Virus record (IMG/VR): IMGVR_UViG_3300045738_001587
Span: 1 to 59,259 of that record
DNA: 59,259 nt
Strand: one strand, 5' to 3'
Origin: a virus
Lineage: Duplodnaviria; Caudoviricetes
The notes beneath the pieces were generated by a model. That model was not told the DNA's origin. It saw only the letters and a list, made by a program, of their open reading frames with translations, and searched no databases. A program made the translations under genes and the position numbers. Positions 16,256-26,167 of this stretch are shown piece after piece (within the stretch, counting starts at the first letter, position 1; the number at the start of each line of letters is the position of its first letter).

Positions 16256-18496
16256 ATGCAGGTAACTAAGCATAGCGGAGAATTGGAAGAATATGACGTT
16301 GAAAAGATACACAAGGTTGTCGAGTGGGCGACAGACAAAATCAACGGTGTTTCCCTATCAGATATAGAAATGAATATGAATCTCTCGCTGAGAGATAAAA
16401 TAAACACGCGCGAGATACACCAGCTATTAATAAAAAGCGCCAGCGATCTAATATCAGAGTCCTCCCCAAATTATCAATACGTCGCGGCACGATTGCTCAA
16501 CATGAGCCTCAGAAAGCTTGTGTGGCATCACGCTATTAAGCCACCGTGTCTATACCACCACATCACCCGCCTTATGGACAGTGGGGTGTATGACCACGAA
16601 ATGCTGGACAACTGGACTCCCGAAGAAGTCCAAGACTTAGGGGATTATATTAAACATGATAGAGATAACATGTTTACCTATTCTGGACTCCAACAGCTAA
16701 TAGATAAATATCTAATAAAAAATAGAACAACCGGTGTTATCTACGAAACACCACAAATTGCTTATATGGCAATAGCCATGTGCTTGTTTTCCACCGACGA
16801 CGACAAGATGAAAAGAACAAAAGAGGCGTATGACACCTACTCTACGTTCAAGATTAATCTCCCTACGCCCATCATGGCTGGCGTGAGGTCAACCATAAAG
16901 CAGTTCGCCTCCTGTGTTCTGGTAGACATTGGTGATGATCTAGATAGCATCTTCTCCAGCCTACATGCAGTAGGGAAATATACAGCTAGGCGTGCGGGAA
17001 TCGGCTTAAACGCAGGGAGAATAAGACCTATAAATTCTCCAATTCGAGGTGGAGAGGTAGTCCACACTGGCCTGATACCGTATCTTAAAATCTTCGAGTC
17101 AGCAGTTAAGGCCACTTCTCAGAATGGCCTACGAGGGGGTTCTGCAACTGTACACATACCCTTCTGGCACTATGAGATTGAAGATGTTATAGTATTGAAG
17201 AACAACGCCGGGACAGATGACAACAGGGTTAGGAAGCTTGACTACTCAGTCCAGTTCTGCAAGCTGTTCTACGATAGACTGATAAAAAATCAAGACATAA
17301 CTCTATTCAGCCCCCACGAAGCTACTGGCCTATATGAAGCATTTGGAAACAATAAGGAATTTGAAGAACTATATGTTAAGTATGAAACCTCAAGATCCAT
17401 AAAAATGAAGAGGAAGATAAGCGCCAGAAAGCTTGCAGAGGTGTTCGCCAGAGAACGCCTTGAGACTGGCAGAATCTATAGCATGAACATAGACACCGCA
17501 AACCAACACGGGTCTTGGGATATCCCAGTTTATATGAGCAATCTTTGCCAAGAAATTATACATCCAACCGTACCAATTAATAGCATATGTGACGAAGAAG
17601 GGGAAATTGGAATTTGTATCCTCTCTGCTATAAATTTAGTGGAACTAAACTCTGACGATGACATACAAGCGGCCTGTAAGAACGCTGTGGAATCCTTGGA
17701 ATCAGTAATTGAATACCAAGACTATCCCGTTAAGGCCGGAGAAAACTTCACTAAGAACAGAAGGTCGCTGGGCGTTGGCATCACCAACCTTGCAGGTTTT
17801 TTGGCTAAGAATAAGCTAACTTACACTGACCCCAAGACGCCCAAATTTGTCCACGACATGATGGAAAAAATACAATGGTATCTGTTGGATACGTCATGCA
17901 AGCTGGCGGAAAAACTTGGGCCATGTGAAAAATTTAGTGATACCAAGTACGCAAGAGGCCTGCTTCCAATTGACTGGTACAAGAAGACGGTTGATGAAAT
18001 CGTAAAACCTAAATACTCAATGGACTGGGAGGGTCTTAGGTCTAGAATAAAAGAGTTTGGCCTGCGACATTCAACTCTGTCTGCTATTATGCCATGCGAA
18101 TCTAGCTCTGTCATACAAAACAGCACGAACGGAATTGAACCAGTGCGTCAACTTCTTTCATACAAAAAAGCAAAGAACGGAGTGCTGAAACAGCTAGTAC
18201 CTAACTATCATAAGGGTAGGAAGTATTATACGTTGGCATTCGACATACAGGACAATAGGGATATAATCAATATCATCGCTGTGCTACAAAAGTTCGTTGA
18301 CATGAGCATTAGCGCGAACCTATATTATAACTATGAGCATTATGAGGACGACTCCATACCATTGAGCCAGATTATTAAAGACAGCGTATACAGTTATAAG
18401 TATGGAGTTAAGAATTTGTACTATTGCAATACCCCAGACGGGGACGGCCAACTAGAAAAAGAGGCAGACTGTGAAGGCGGAGCCTGCGCAATATGA
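16256..18496 (+). CDS. nrdA: Ribonucleoside-diphosphate reductase class Ia alpha subunit
   Basis: ATP cone, PTPIM, QFASC, SNLCQEI, MPCESSS..NSTNGIEP, LYY, C-terminal CEGGACAI. Confidence 0.97.
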   Translation: MQVTKHSGELEEYDVEKIHKVVEWATDKINGVSLSDIEMNMNLSLRDKINTREIHQLLIKSASDLISESSPNYQYVAARLLNMSLRKLVWHHAIKPPCLYHHITRLMDSGVYDHEMLDNWTPEEVQDLGDYIKHDRDNMFTYSGLQQLIDKYLIKNRTTGVIYETPQIAYMAIAMCLFSTDDDKMKRTKEAYDTYSTFKINLPTPIMAGVRSTIKQFASCVLVDIGDDLDSIFSSLHAVGKYTARRAGIGLNAGRIRPINSPIRGGEVVHTGLIPYLKIFESAVKATSQNGLRGGSATVHIPFWHYEIEDVIVLKNNAGTDDNRVRKLDYSVQFCKLFYDRLIKNQDITLFSPHEATGLYEAFGNNKEFEELYVKYETSRSIKMKRKISARKLAEVFARERLETGRIYSMNIDTANQHGSWDIPVYMSNLCQEIIHPTVPINSICDEEGEIGICILSAINLVELNSDDDIQAACKNAVESLESVIEYQDYPVKAGENFTKNRRSLGVGITNLAGFLAKNKLTYTDPKTPKFVHDMMEKIQWYLLDTSCKLAEKLGPCEKFSDTKYARGLLPIDWYKKTVDEIVKPKYSMDWEGLRSRIKEFGLRHSTLSAIMPCESSSVIQNSTNGIEPVRQLLSYKKAKNGVLKQLVPNYHKGRKYYTLAFDIQDNRDIINIIAVLQKFVDMSISANLYYNYEHYEDDSIPLSQIIKDSVYSYKYGVKNLYYCNTPDGDGQLEKEADCEGGACAI

Positions 18497-18574
18497 ATGA
18501 AAATTTCTATGCGGACTTTGCTTTGTACTACCCAACGCAGCCCGGTATGTCCGCGCGAAGAGAGTAACATTTGA

Positions 18575-19282
18575 ATGAAAGATAAAAAAGTTTTAATTTT
18601 AGGAAACAAACACTATTATAATTTCAAATTGAACGATATTATAGATAGTTTTGATGTAATTTATAGATTTAATCTTACTTTTCCCGGAAAAAATAATGGC
18701 ACAAAATTTGGTAAGTTAGCAATGTGCGGACATGTATACGACAGGTTTGTAAAAAATCCTATTAGCAAGGAACAAATAATACAAAAATATAAACATGATT
18801 ATGATATTTCATATTTAAGCGAGTGGTATGATTTCTTTCAAGAAAATAAAGAAAACTTTGATGAGATATTTCATCAAAATGAACACAACTGGCAGTCATT
18901 GAACAGGACGCTTGAAGAATATGGTAGTCCTCACAGATTTTCATACATGGCATCAACAGGATATTCGGTTATTTTTAGAAATTTAGCAGATAGTAATAAT
19001 AAAGTATATGTTTCAGGGTTCACTTTATGTGATGACGAACTAAGAGAATCAGCAGGGGACGCAAATGGAATCGCTATAGAAAGAAGTCAATATAACCCTC
19101 CCAAAAGCCATCACTCATGTTCGGAAGAAAGTCGCATCTTAGCTTGGTTACATAACAATAAAAAGGTTGACGCATCTTTGTGTATGCTAGAGGACACCGA
19201 CGAACTTAATCTAAAGATCAACGAATATAACACAGAACCTTCGGAGTTCATACTTAATTTATTAAATAGGAAAATAGTATGA
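18575..19282 (+). CDS. GT29 sialyltransferase-like protein
   Basis: Sialylmotif-like L (ILGN..IDSFDVIYRFN..GTK), S (STG..VYVSGF) and VS (HSCSEE) segments; AT-rich. Confidence 0.6.
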   Translation: MKDKKVLILGNKHYYNFKLNDIIDSFDVIYRFNLTFPGKNNGTKFGKLAMCGHVYDRFVKNPISKEQIIQKYKHDYDISYLSEWYDFFQENKENFDEIFHQNEHNWQSLNRTLEEYGSPHRFSYMASTGYSVIFRNLADSNNKVYVSGFTLCDDELRESAGDANGIAIERSQYNPPKSHHSCSEESRILAWLHNNKKVDASLCMLEDTDELNLKINEYNTEPSEFILNLLNRKIV

Positions 19283-19668
19283 GAACACAAGGTAAAGTGT
19301 GGGGAAAGACCCAAGATATATTTAAAAACTCTAATTTTGAGCTTCATAGAATCGAAGCCAAGAAAGGTGGCTTTTGCTCTAAGCACCGACATGAACATAA
19401 ATATAATGCATTCTATATTGAAAAGGGGAAGCTAAAGATAACAGTCTATGAAACAGATTATGATTTAATTGATGAAACGATTATATCCACAGGAGAGATG
19501 ACAATAGCTAAACCCGGAACTTATCACAGGTTTGAGGCACTTGAAGATACAATTTGTTATGAAATTTATTGGGTAGAGTTAAATCATGATGATATAGAAA
19601 GGGAGGGCGTTGGCGGACTTATCAAAGACTCTTTGTCCATTAACACACTAGACGACCTGAGGAGATAG
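19279..19668 (+). CDS. Cupin-domain protein
   Basis: KVWG, CSKHRHEHK, PGTYHRFEALED. Confidence 0.8.
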   Translation: MRTQGKVWGKTQDIFKNSNFELHRIEAKKGGFCSKHRHEHKYNAFYIEKGKLKITVYETDYDLIDETIISTGEMTIAKPGTYHRFEALEDTICYEIYWVELNHDDIEREGVGGLIKDSLSINTLDDLRR

Positions 19669-19674
19669 AATAAT

Positions 19675-20679
19675 ATGACATTTAAACTACAAAACAGAGA
19701 AGTAAGGTTTGAGGTTACAAATCACTGTAATGCTCATTGCGTTTTTTGCCCACGGGAACTGCACACCAGACAACAAGGCGTTATGGACTTAGACGCATAC
19801 AAAAAGTGGATTGATGAGATTTACGAAGGCGACTACGGGGTTGATTTTATTTCTTTAGAAAATTACGGAGAACCCTTTGTTGATCCTCACCTGTTTGACA
19901 GGGCTAGATACGCAAAAGAGAGAGGCTTCTATACGGCAACGATATCAACAGGCTCACTCATGCACAAGAAAAAAAATGGAAGGTGTAGCCTAGAACAAAC
20001 CCTTGAGTGCATAGACAAGCTTAGGTTCAGTTATTATGCACTAACAAAAGATGTCTACGAATTTCTTCAAAAAAAGCTTACCTTTGAAGTTACAACTAAG
20101 AATATCCATGATCTTATAGAGATGAAGGCAAAAAGAGGAGGCGTCACTAGAATTGAAATGTATTTTCTTCTTATGCCAGAGAACGAACACCAAATGGAAG
20201 ATTGGATAAAAAAATACGAACCTTTAGTTGATGGAATATCTGTTTGGAAGCCTCACAATTGGAGTGACGGTAAAGAATATAGAGAAGTAAGCGATAAAAA
20301 CAAAGTTTCTTGCGGTAGACCTTTTAATGGCCCTATTCAGATTCAATGGGACGGAAAGCTTACCCCTTGTTGTTACGATTACAATAATGCTATTGTTTTA
20401 GGTGACGTTTCTAATGATGCAATAAAAAATCAAGTCACGGGAGAGAAGTATGAAGCTTTCCGTGATGCTCATGCCAAGGGGGAGTTTTACAAGTACCCCT
20501 TTTGTGATGGTTGTGACCAACTGCACAAGAGGGACGATGTTTTAGTTTACACTAATATTAAGGAGGTACAGGTAGGGTCAGTAAATACTAGTTACGATGA
20601 ACTATTAGATCCAGAAGAGACGCGCACTGAATGGGGAGACGAGATAGAGAAAAAGATCAACGGTAAAAATGATAGTTAA
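19675..20679 (+). CDS. Radical SAM/SPASM(twitch)-domain protein
   Basis: CNAHCVFC (CX3CX2C), YGEP, CGRP..WDG...PCCYD, CDGC. Confidence 0.9.
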   Translation: MTFKLQNREVRFEVTNHCNAHCVFCPRELHTRQQGVMDLDAYKKWIDEIYEGDYGVDFISLENYGEPFVDPHLFDRARYAKERGFYTATISTGSLMHKKKNGRCSLEQTLECIDKLRFSYYALTKDVYEFLQKKLTFEVTTKNIHDLIEMKAKRGGVTRIEMYFLLMPENEHQMEDWIKKYEPLVDGISVWKPHNWSDGKEYREVSDKNKVSCGRPFNGPIQIQWDGKLTPCCYDYNNAIVLGDVSNDAIKNQVTGEKYEAFRDAHAKGEFYKYPFCDGCDQLHKRDDVLVYTNIKEVQVGSVNTSYDELLDPEETRTEWGDEIEKKINGKNDS

Positions 20680-21811
20680 AACAGCAAATAAATGTTATGT
20701 AACAGACACCGAAGGTAATATATATATTGATACTACTATGGGATCAGGTGCCCAAATAATAGGTCACAATAACCCTCTGATTAAAAGAATAGGCGAGAAG
20801 ATAAAAAGAGGTACAATCTATTCAATACCCAACCAACATACAGATAAAGTAAACTGCTACTTAAAGGAACACATAAACCCCGATTTTGATGAGCAATACA
20901 TCTTCTGTAATTCGGGCACCGAAGCTAACATGAGGGCTATAAGATTGGCCCGTGCATACACAGGTAAAAATTTAGTTGGTAGATTTCATGGGGGCTGGCA
21001 TGGTGGATTAGATGGTTTCTTAGAAGAACACCCAGACAACAAGGGAATTCCTGCGGCGACTGATAGCTTGTTTAAAGTCCTACCTTACAATGATGATAAG
21101 TGCTTCGAGCAGATTACTTCTGACATGGCTGCTGTAATAGTAGAGCCCGTGCAGGGATCTAATCCTAGGTCTGACATTAAACAGTTTCTGCAAAAATTAA
21201 GAGACCGCTGCACCAAGACAGGTGTACTATTAATATTTGATGAAATTATGACGGGTTTTAGATTATCTGCAAAGGGGGGTGCTGGCGTTTTTGATGTGAG
21301 ACCCGATATAGTAACTTATGGGAAAGTTTTAGGGGGAGGCTTTCCAATAGGAGCGGTTGGAGGTAAAACCGAAATCATGAAAACAAAGAATGTTTTTTAT
21401 GGGGGAACTTTTTCTGCAAATCCCTTGAGCATGTATGCAGCCAAATTAATTCTTGAAACTATCATTGATAAAAAATATATCCAATATGATAAACTAAACA
21501 ATGCTGGCAAAACATTCAGAGATGAACTAAATAAGTTTTTTATTAAGCAAGATAAGGAAATGAGAGTAATGGGGTATGACTCCCTCAATAGAATTATTTT
21601 TACAGATAGATTTATTAGAAATAGAAAAGAAAGAGATGAGCTTGAGCCCAGCGATGCTCAAAAGATATTCTCTGAAAAACTAGAACGGTTCGGAGTGTTT
21701 GTGAATTGGAATGGGCTATACCACTTCTCTATGGCTCACACACCAGAGGTGGTTGAAGACCTTATTAGTACAATTAAGAGAGCCTGTAATCAAGATTTAA
21801 AGGAGAAATAA
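20669..21811 (+). CDS. Class III PLP aminotransferase (glutamate-1-semialdehyde aminomutase-like)
   Basis: NSGTEANMRAIRLARAYTG, VEPVQG, FDEIMTGFR, PDIVTYGKVLGGGFPIG, GTFSANP. Confidence 0.9.
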   Translation: MIVKTANKCYVTDTEGNIYIDTTMGSGAQIIGHNNPLIKRIGEKIKRGTIYSIPNQHTDKVNCYLKEHINPDFDEQYIFCNSGTEANMRAIRLARAYTGKNLVGRFHGGWHGGLDGFLEEHPDNKGIPAATDSLFKVLPYNDDKCFEQITSDMAAVIVEPVQGSNPRSDIKQFLQKLRDRCTKTGVLLIFDEIMTGFRLSAKGGAGVFDVRPDIVTYGKVLGGGFPIGAVGGKTEIMKTKNVFYGGTFSANPLSMYAAKLILETIIDKKYIQYDKLNNAGKTFRDELNKFFIKQDKEMRVMGYDSLNRIIFTDRFIRNRKERDELEPSDAQKIFSEKLERFGVFVNWNGLYHFSMAHTPEVVEDLISTIKRACNQDLKEK

Positions 21812-21830
21812 ATATGGTAGGTAAAGAAGA

Positions 21831-22457
21831 ATGAAAGTGTCCTTCTGTATAACGTGCTATAATAAGGATGTTCATTTTCTGGATAAACTCCTAAGAACTT
21901 TAGAAGAACAAACCAAAGCCCCTTTCGAGGTCATTGTGTCCTCAAGCGGGATGCGTAACCTAGAACTTCCTGCGGAGCTTGTCATTGCAGGTAAGAGTGT
22001 TCCAGTGATTGGAACAAACAGCGAGGAGAAGATTATTCAAAGCGTGGCCAGAAACAGAGCTATAAAAAAGTCCTCAGGAGATATAGTAATCTTCTTTGAC
22101 GTTGACGATATGCCACACCCCCAAAAGATAGAAGTAACGCAAAATATATTCTCTAAGGGGGAAGCAGAGGCTTTGGTACATTCCTATTCACGGAACGGGA
22201 CACCCTTTAAGCCTATCGAAAATGAAGATGTTGTCAAAATTACAGAGAAAAATCCAACCTGCACCAATTTAAGATCACCCGATGGTGGTAAAATCCATCA
22301 TGCACACATAGCCGTCAAAAAAGAAGTCTTGCGGTCATTCAGTTTCAACGAGACTCTTGAGTATTATAGGTTAGAAGATGGAAAGTTTTGTCAGGACTTA
22401 TTCGACGCGGGAGTCAAAATATACTACTTAAATCAACCGCTAGTGAAATACACTTGA
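21831..22457 (+). CDS. GT2 glycosyltransferase
   Basis: ITCYN, ARNRAI...GD...FFDVDD..HPQ, ED. Confidence 0.85.
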   Translation: MKVSFCITCYNKDVHFLDKLLRTLEEQTKAPFEVIVSSSGMRNLELPAELVIAGKSVPVIGTNSEEKIIQSVARNRAIKKSSGDIVIFFDVDDMPHPQKIEVTQNIFSKGEAEALVHSYSRNGTPFKPIENEDVVKITEKNPTCTNLRSPDGGKIHHAHIAVKKEVLRSFSFNETLEYYRLEDGKFCQDLFDAGVKIYYLNQPLVKYT

Positions 22458-22470
22458 GATCGAGACATAA

Positions 22471-23550
22471 ATGAAAAGCATATTGAATAAAATAAATGTT
22501 GACACAATGAAGCAGCCGTTGTTCCTTGGGGAGGACTTATCCCTACAGAGATATGACAAATTCAAGTATCCAGTTTTCTTTGACCTATTCAAAAAGCAGC
22601 TAGAATTTTTCTGGAGGCCGGAAGAAATAGAGCTTAAGAAGGACAGAAGTGATTTTAAAGACGACGCTATTATGTCGGATAACGAAAGGTTCATATTCAC
22701 CTCTAATCTTAAGTACCAAACAATGATGGACTCAGTGATATGCCGAGGGGTTCCGGCTATCCAAGAGTATGTATCAAACCCTGAGCTTGAGGCTTGCCTA
22801 AATGTTTGGCAGTTTTTTGAGCAGATTCACAGCTACAGCTATACCTATATAATAAAAAATGTCTACTCCAACCCAAGTGAGATACTGGACTCGTGCCTAA
22901 CGGATGAAGAGATTGTAGCTAGAGCAGACGTTGCGGTCAGAGAGTACGACAAACTTAAAGGCTTGAGCAATAGCAAAAAGCCAGATGACATAAAAAGGCA
23001 AATTTACCTTACACTAATTAGCATTAACATATTGGAAGCCGTGAGGTTTTATGTTTCCTTTATCTGTGCCTTTGCATTTGCCGAGAATAAAAAAATGTCA
23101 GGAAATGCAGACATTGTTAAGCTGATTAAACGTGACGAGGCGATACATTTATACAACACCCAAGAAATCCTTAAAATATTGTGCAACGTAAAATCAGAGG
23201 GATTCACTAGAATCGCCAAGGAGTGTGAAGAAGAGGCTTGTCGTATGTTCGCCTGCGCAGCAGAAGAAGAGAAGAAATGGGCGTCGTACCTGTTTAAAGA
23301 CGGATCAATCATTGGCCTTAACGAGCCAGTAATGCACCAGTATATTGACTGGCTCTGCATGTCTAGGCGTAAGGCTATTGGGCTGCCACACGAAAGCGGA
23401 ATTAAGAACCCAATATCTGGGTGGACAGAGCCTTGGATGAACAGTGAAGCCGTTCAGGTGGCCCCACAGGAGCATGAGATAACATCCTACAAGATTGGCG
23501 CTAGCGTCAATGACCTTGAAGACATGGACTTTGGAGACATTAAACTATGA
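22471..23550 (+). CDS. nrdB: Ribonucleoside-diphosphate reductase class Ia beta subunit
   Basis: FFWRPEEI, EQIHSYSY, LEAVRFYVSF, RDEAIH, QVAPQE.EI.SY. Confidence 0.97.
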   Translation: MKSILNKINVDTMKQPLFLGEDLSLQRYDKFKYPVFFDLFKKQLEFFWRPEEIELKKDRSDFKDDAIMSDNERFIFTSNLKYQTMMDSVICRGVPAIQEYVSNPELEACLNVWQFFEQIHSYSYTYIIKNVYSNPSEILDSCLTDEEIVARADVAVREYDKLKGLSNSKKPDDIKRQIYLTLISINILEAVRFYVSFICAFAFAENKKMSGNADIVKLIKRDEAIHLYNTQEILKILCNVKSEGFTRIAKECEEEACRMFACAAEEEKKWASYLFKDGSIIGLNEPVMHQYIDWLCMSRRKAIGLPHESGIKNPISGWTEPWMNSEAVQVAPQEHEITSYKIGASVNDLEDMDFGDIKL

Positions 23551-23993
23551 TAGATCCTAGATTTGCCGGAAAACTTATTAAAGTTAAGAAGCTAGAAAAT
23601 GACGCAATCTTGCCAACGAGAACAAATGCATCTGACGCTGGGTGGGATTTATACTCAACAGCCTCAAGTTCAATCGAAAGCAAAAGCCGAGACATGATAT
23701 CGACAGGTATTTCTATCGAGATTCCAGACGGCTACGTGGGCCTTGTCTGGCCACGGTCTGGTTTATCTGTTAAGAATGGGATTGATGTATTAGCTGGGGT
23801 TATTGATTCTGGCTACAGGGGGGAAATTAGGGTGTGTCTATATAATACTAGCGACCAACAGGTAGATATTATCAAAGGCGACCGGATAGCACAAATAATT
23901 TTTCAGCAACTGCCAGACTTTGTGATGATTGAGGCAGATGTCCTAAACGTCTCAAGTAGGGGCGAAGGAGGATTTGGAAGTAGTGGCAAATAA
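23547..23993 (+). CDS. dut: Trimeric dUTPase
   Basis: AGWDL, PRSGL, GVIDSGYRGE, GDRIAQ, RGEGGFGSSG. Confidence 0.97.
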   Translation: MIDPRFAGKLIKVKKLENDAILPTRTNASDAGWDLYSTASSSIESKSRDMISTGISIEIPDGYVGLVWPRSGLSVKNGIDVLAGVIDSGYRGEIRVCLYNTSDQQVDIIKGDRIAQIIFQQLPDFVMIEADVLNVSSRGEGGFGSSGK

Positions 23994-24669
23994 TAACTCA
24001 AGGTCTAGAAAAAACAAAAGAGGCAAAAGAAGAATTGCTGTCTCGGTGACGGCCAAAACGGAGAACCAAAAAAAATACATTAAAGATATAATTGATAACG
24101 AAGTAGTTTTTTGCATAGGGCCGTCTGGTAGCGGAAAGTCCTACATAGCCTCTGGCATAGCAGCCGACCACCTATTTAAGGGAATCATAGATCAACTAAT
24201 AGTAACAAGGCCTTTAGTCTGTACTGGCAAAGATATCGGCTCGCTTCCGGGCGAGCTTGATGAAAAGATAAGACCATACCTAATGCCTATGGAAGAAAAC
24301 CTAAGACATTTTTTAGGCAGAGAAGCTTACGTCCAGATGATTAATAGCCAAAGAATTAGATACGAACCTCTTGAAGTCATGCGGGGAGCGACTTTCCATC
24401 ATTCATATATGATACTCGACGAAGCCCAAAACTGCACGGTGGATCAGATAAAAATGTTCATAACAAGGATGGGAGAAAACTCCAAAGTTTTGATAAATGG
24501 AGATGTTCGACAAACAGACATAAAGGGCCGAAGCGGGCTTTTCCAATGCATAGACCGGCTAGAGGGCGTTGAGGGCGTAGGGGTAAGCGAATTGTTTTAT
24601 GAAGACATACAAAGGAACGGAATTATAGGCAGAATACTAGAAGCCCTAGAGGAAGAATATTATGACTAA
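23983..24669 (+). CDS. phoH: PhoH family ATPase
   Basis: GPSGSGKS, TRP, G.LPG.L.EK, MRGATF, LDEAQN, TRMG..SK..NGD..Q.D; start GTG 23983 or TTG 23974. Confidence 0.93.
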   Translation: MANNNSRSRKNKRGKRRIAVSVTAKTENQKKYIKDIIDNEVVFCIGPSGSGKSYIASGIAADHLFKGIIDQLIVTRPLVCTGKDIGSLPGELDEKIRPYLMPMEENLRHFLGREAYVQMINSQRIRYEPLEVMRGATFHHSYMILDEAQNCTVDQIKMFITRMGENSKVLINGDVRQTDIKGRSGLFQCIDRLEGVEGVGVSELFYEDIQRNGIIGRILEALEEEYYD

Positions 24670-24690
24670 TTACTATACGAAAGGTGAAAA

Positions 24691-25023
24691 ATGAATCAGA
24701 AAGATTTTCAAACAAGAAAAAAGGAATCTGTCACTAGCGAACTCTTTGACAGAATTGGTAATCCCGTCATCAACAAAAAGGAAAGGACATATGCCAAGAG
24801 GATCGTAACGGAGGGTAGTAATAGCGCGCACTATATACAAACATTTAATAACGCACTATACGACCCAAACAACAGCATGTACTCACATAGGGAGGGTAAC
24901 ATAAATTTTGAGTTAAAGTACAAGAAGGTCTCAAAAGAGACATTTGATTTTTACATGTTGTTCTTGAAAACCAAGAATAACCTATACTTTACTAGAGCGC
25001 AAAGGAGTTTTTTAAATGACTAA
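24691..25023 (+). CDS. Hypothetical protein
   Basis: AAGG RBS; overlaps the next gene. Confidence 0.65.
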   Translation: MNQKDFQTRKKESVTSELFDRIGNPVINKKERTYAKRIVTEGSNSAHYIQTFNNALYDPNNSMYSHREGNINFELKYKKVSKETFDFYMLFLKTKNNLYFTRAQRSFLND

Positions 25024-25303
25024 GAAAGGCCCGTTAGGAAAAGCTGAAGAATACTATGTAAAAGGACACTATACCTCTGTGGAGGCTAAACAAATAGCCA
25101 AAGAGCTTGATCGACCAATTGGGGTTATCAAAAAGCATATTGAAAAAGTTAAGTCCGAAGAAGCCACAGGGGCTACCGCAGGAAAAATGATGGCTCGTCA
25201 GGACGGCATAGTGGTGATGACAGAATCCTCTTCCACTATGGCCGACGAGACAAAGAAGACTGAAGATAGGCGACCAAGCTGTACTACGAGTACCAAGCAA
25301 TGA
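25016..25303 (+). CDS. Hypothetical protein, possible HTH
   Basis: AAGGAG RBS; AKQIAKELDRPIGVIKKHI. Confidence 0.65.
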   Translation: MTKKGPLGKAEEYYVKGHYTSVEAKQIAKELDRPIGVIKKHIEKVKSEEATGATAGKMMARQDGIVVMTESSSTMADETKKTEDRRPSCTTSTKQ

Positions 25304-25746
25304 AATTAATAGAAGGAAACTCTGCGTTTCTGGAAAGCTTCAAGGAAGATGAAAGAAATCATACTTGGGTGAAGGTAAGGCTTTCGGACGACAAGCTTTA
25401 CCATTTCAGGCTGGGCAAGCTGTGGACTCACATAAAGTCAATCTGTGAAAAACGCAGCCTGTCGGTGGAAACCATAGAGCTTCAATTTAAATCTCACGTT
25501 GAGAACATATACTCTAGATCTCAGGATGCAGAGGCAGTGTACCTAGTGCGCACAGTAATGGGCCAAATGGGCGCGGCCAGTAGGGAATATTACACGCTTG
25601 GAGAACTGAAAGATGGAATTGTCCACAAGAGCATGTGGCTCATTCCAGAGATAATGGTTGACAAAACTTATGAAGACGAACTTGAAAATTGCTTTGAGGA
25701 GGCTATGATATATAATCATGACAAAGGAAAGATCAGAAAAGAGTAA
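25300..25746 (+). CDS. Hypothetical protein
   Basis: ATGA coupling; 148 aa. Confidence 0.7.
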   Translation: MKLIEGNSAFLESFKEDERNHTWVKVRLSDDKLYHFRLGKLWTHIKSICEKRSLSVETIELQFKSHVENIYSRSQDAEAVYLVRTVMGQMGAASREYYTLGELKDGIVHKSMWLIPEIMVDKTYEDELENCFEEAMIYNHDKGKIRKE

Positions 25747-26167
25747 CTATACATCCCCCTCTACGGGTGAATACTGCACATGCACGCAATACATAGCTGA
25801 AATCATGTGTACCAGAATGGCGGAAAAGGACAATCAAGGCACGCAGGCCTATAAATTCTGGAACAGCAAAAAGTGGCGGAAAGTCTACGGCTATCAGATC
25901 GTATTGGCAAACCGCCTGTCTAAACAATATTCATGTGCGGCGATAGTTAAAGCCATAAACTCTAAAGAGCTAAAGCACATGTATTCACTGGGTTATCCGG
26001 GTATCCATGAGATAATTCAGAAATATCAAAATATAATTGAGTCTCAAAAGCCCACCGAGACTAATATAATAATACAGGATCAGCCTAAGACGAGATCCGC
26101 TTCTTTCGGTAAAAAGTCACAATTGCAAAGGTTAAGGAATGTTGATGGCAAAGAAAAGAAAGGCTAA
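25718..26167 (+). CDS. Hypothetical protein upstream of recA
   Basis: 149 aa overlapping both neighbours. Confidence 0.7.
   Translation: MTKERSEKSNYTSPSTGEYCTCTQYIAEIMCTRMAEKDNQGTQAYKFWNSKKWRKVYGYQIVLANRLSKQYSCAAIVKAINSKELKHMYSLGYPGIHEIIQKYQNIIESQKPTETNIIIQDQPKTRSASFGKKSQLQRLRNVDGKEKKG

Noticed and set aside
20669-21811. hemL (tetrapyrrole synthesis) assignment
   Set aside because: Lacks the usual N-terminal segment and sits among sugar genes with no hem genes; called only a class III aminotransferase
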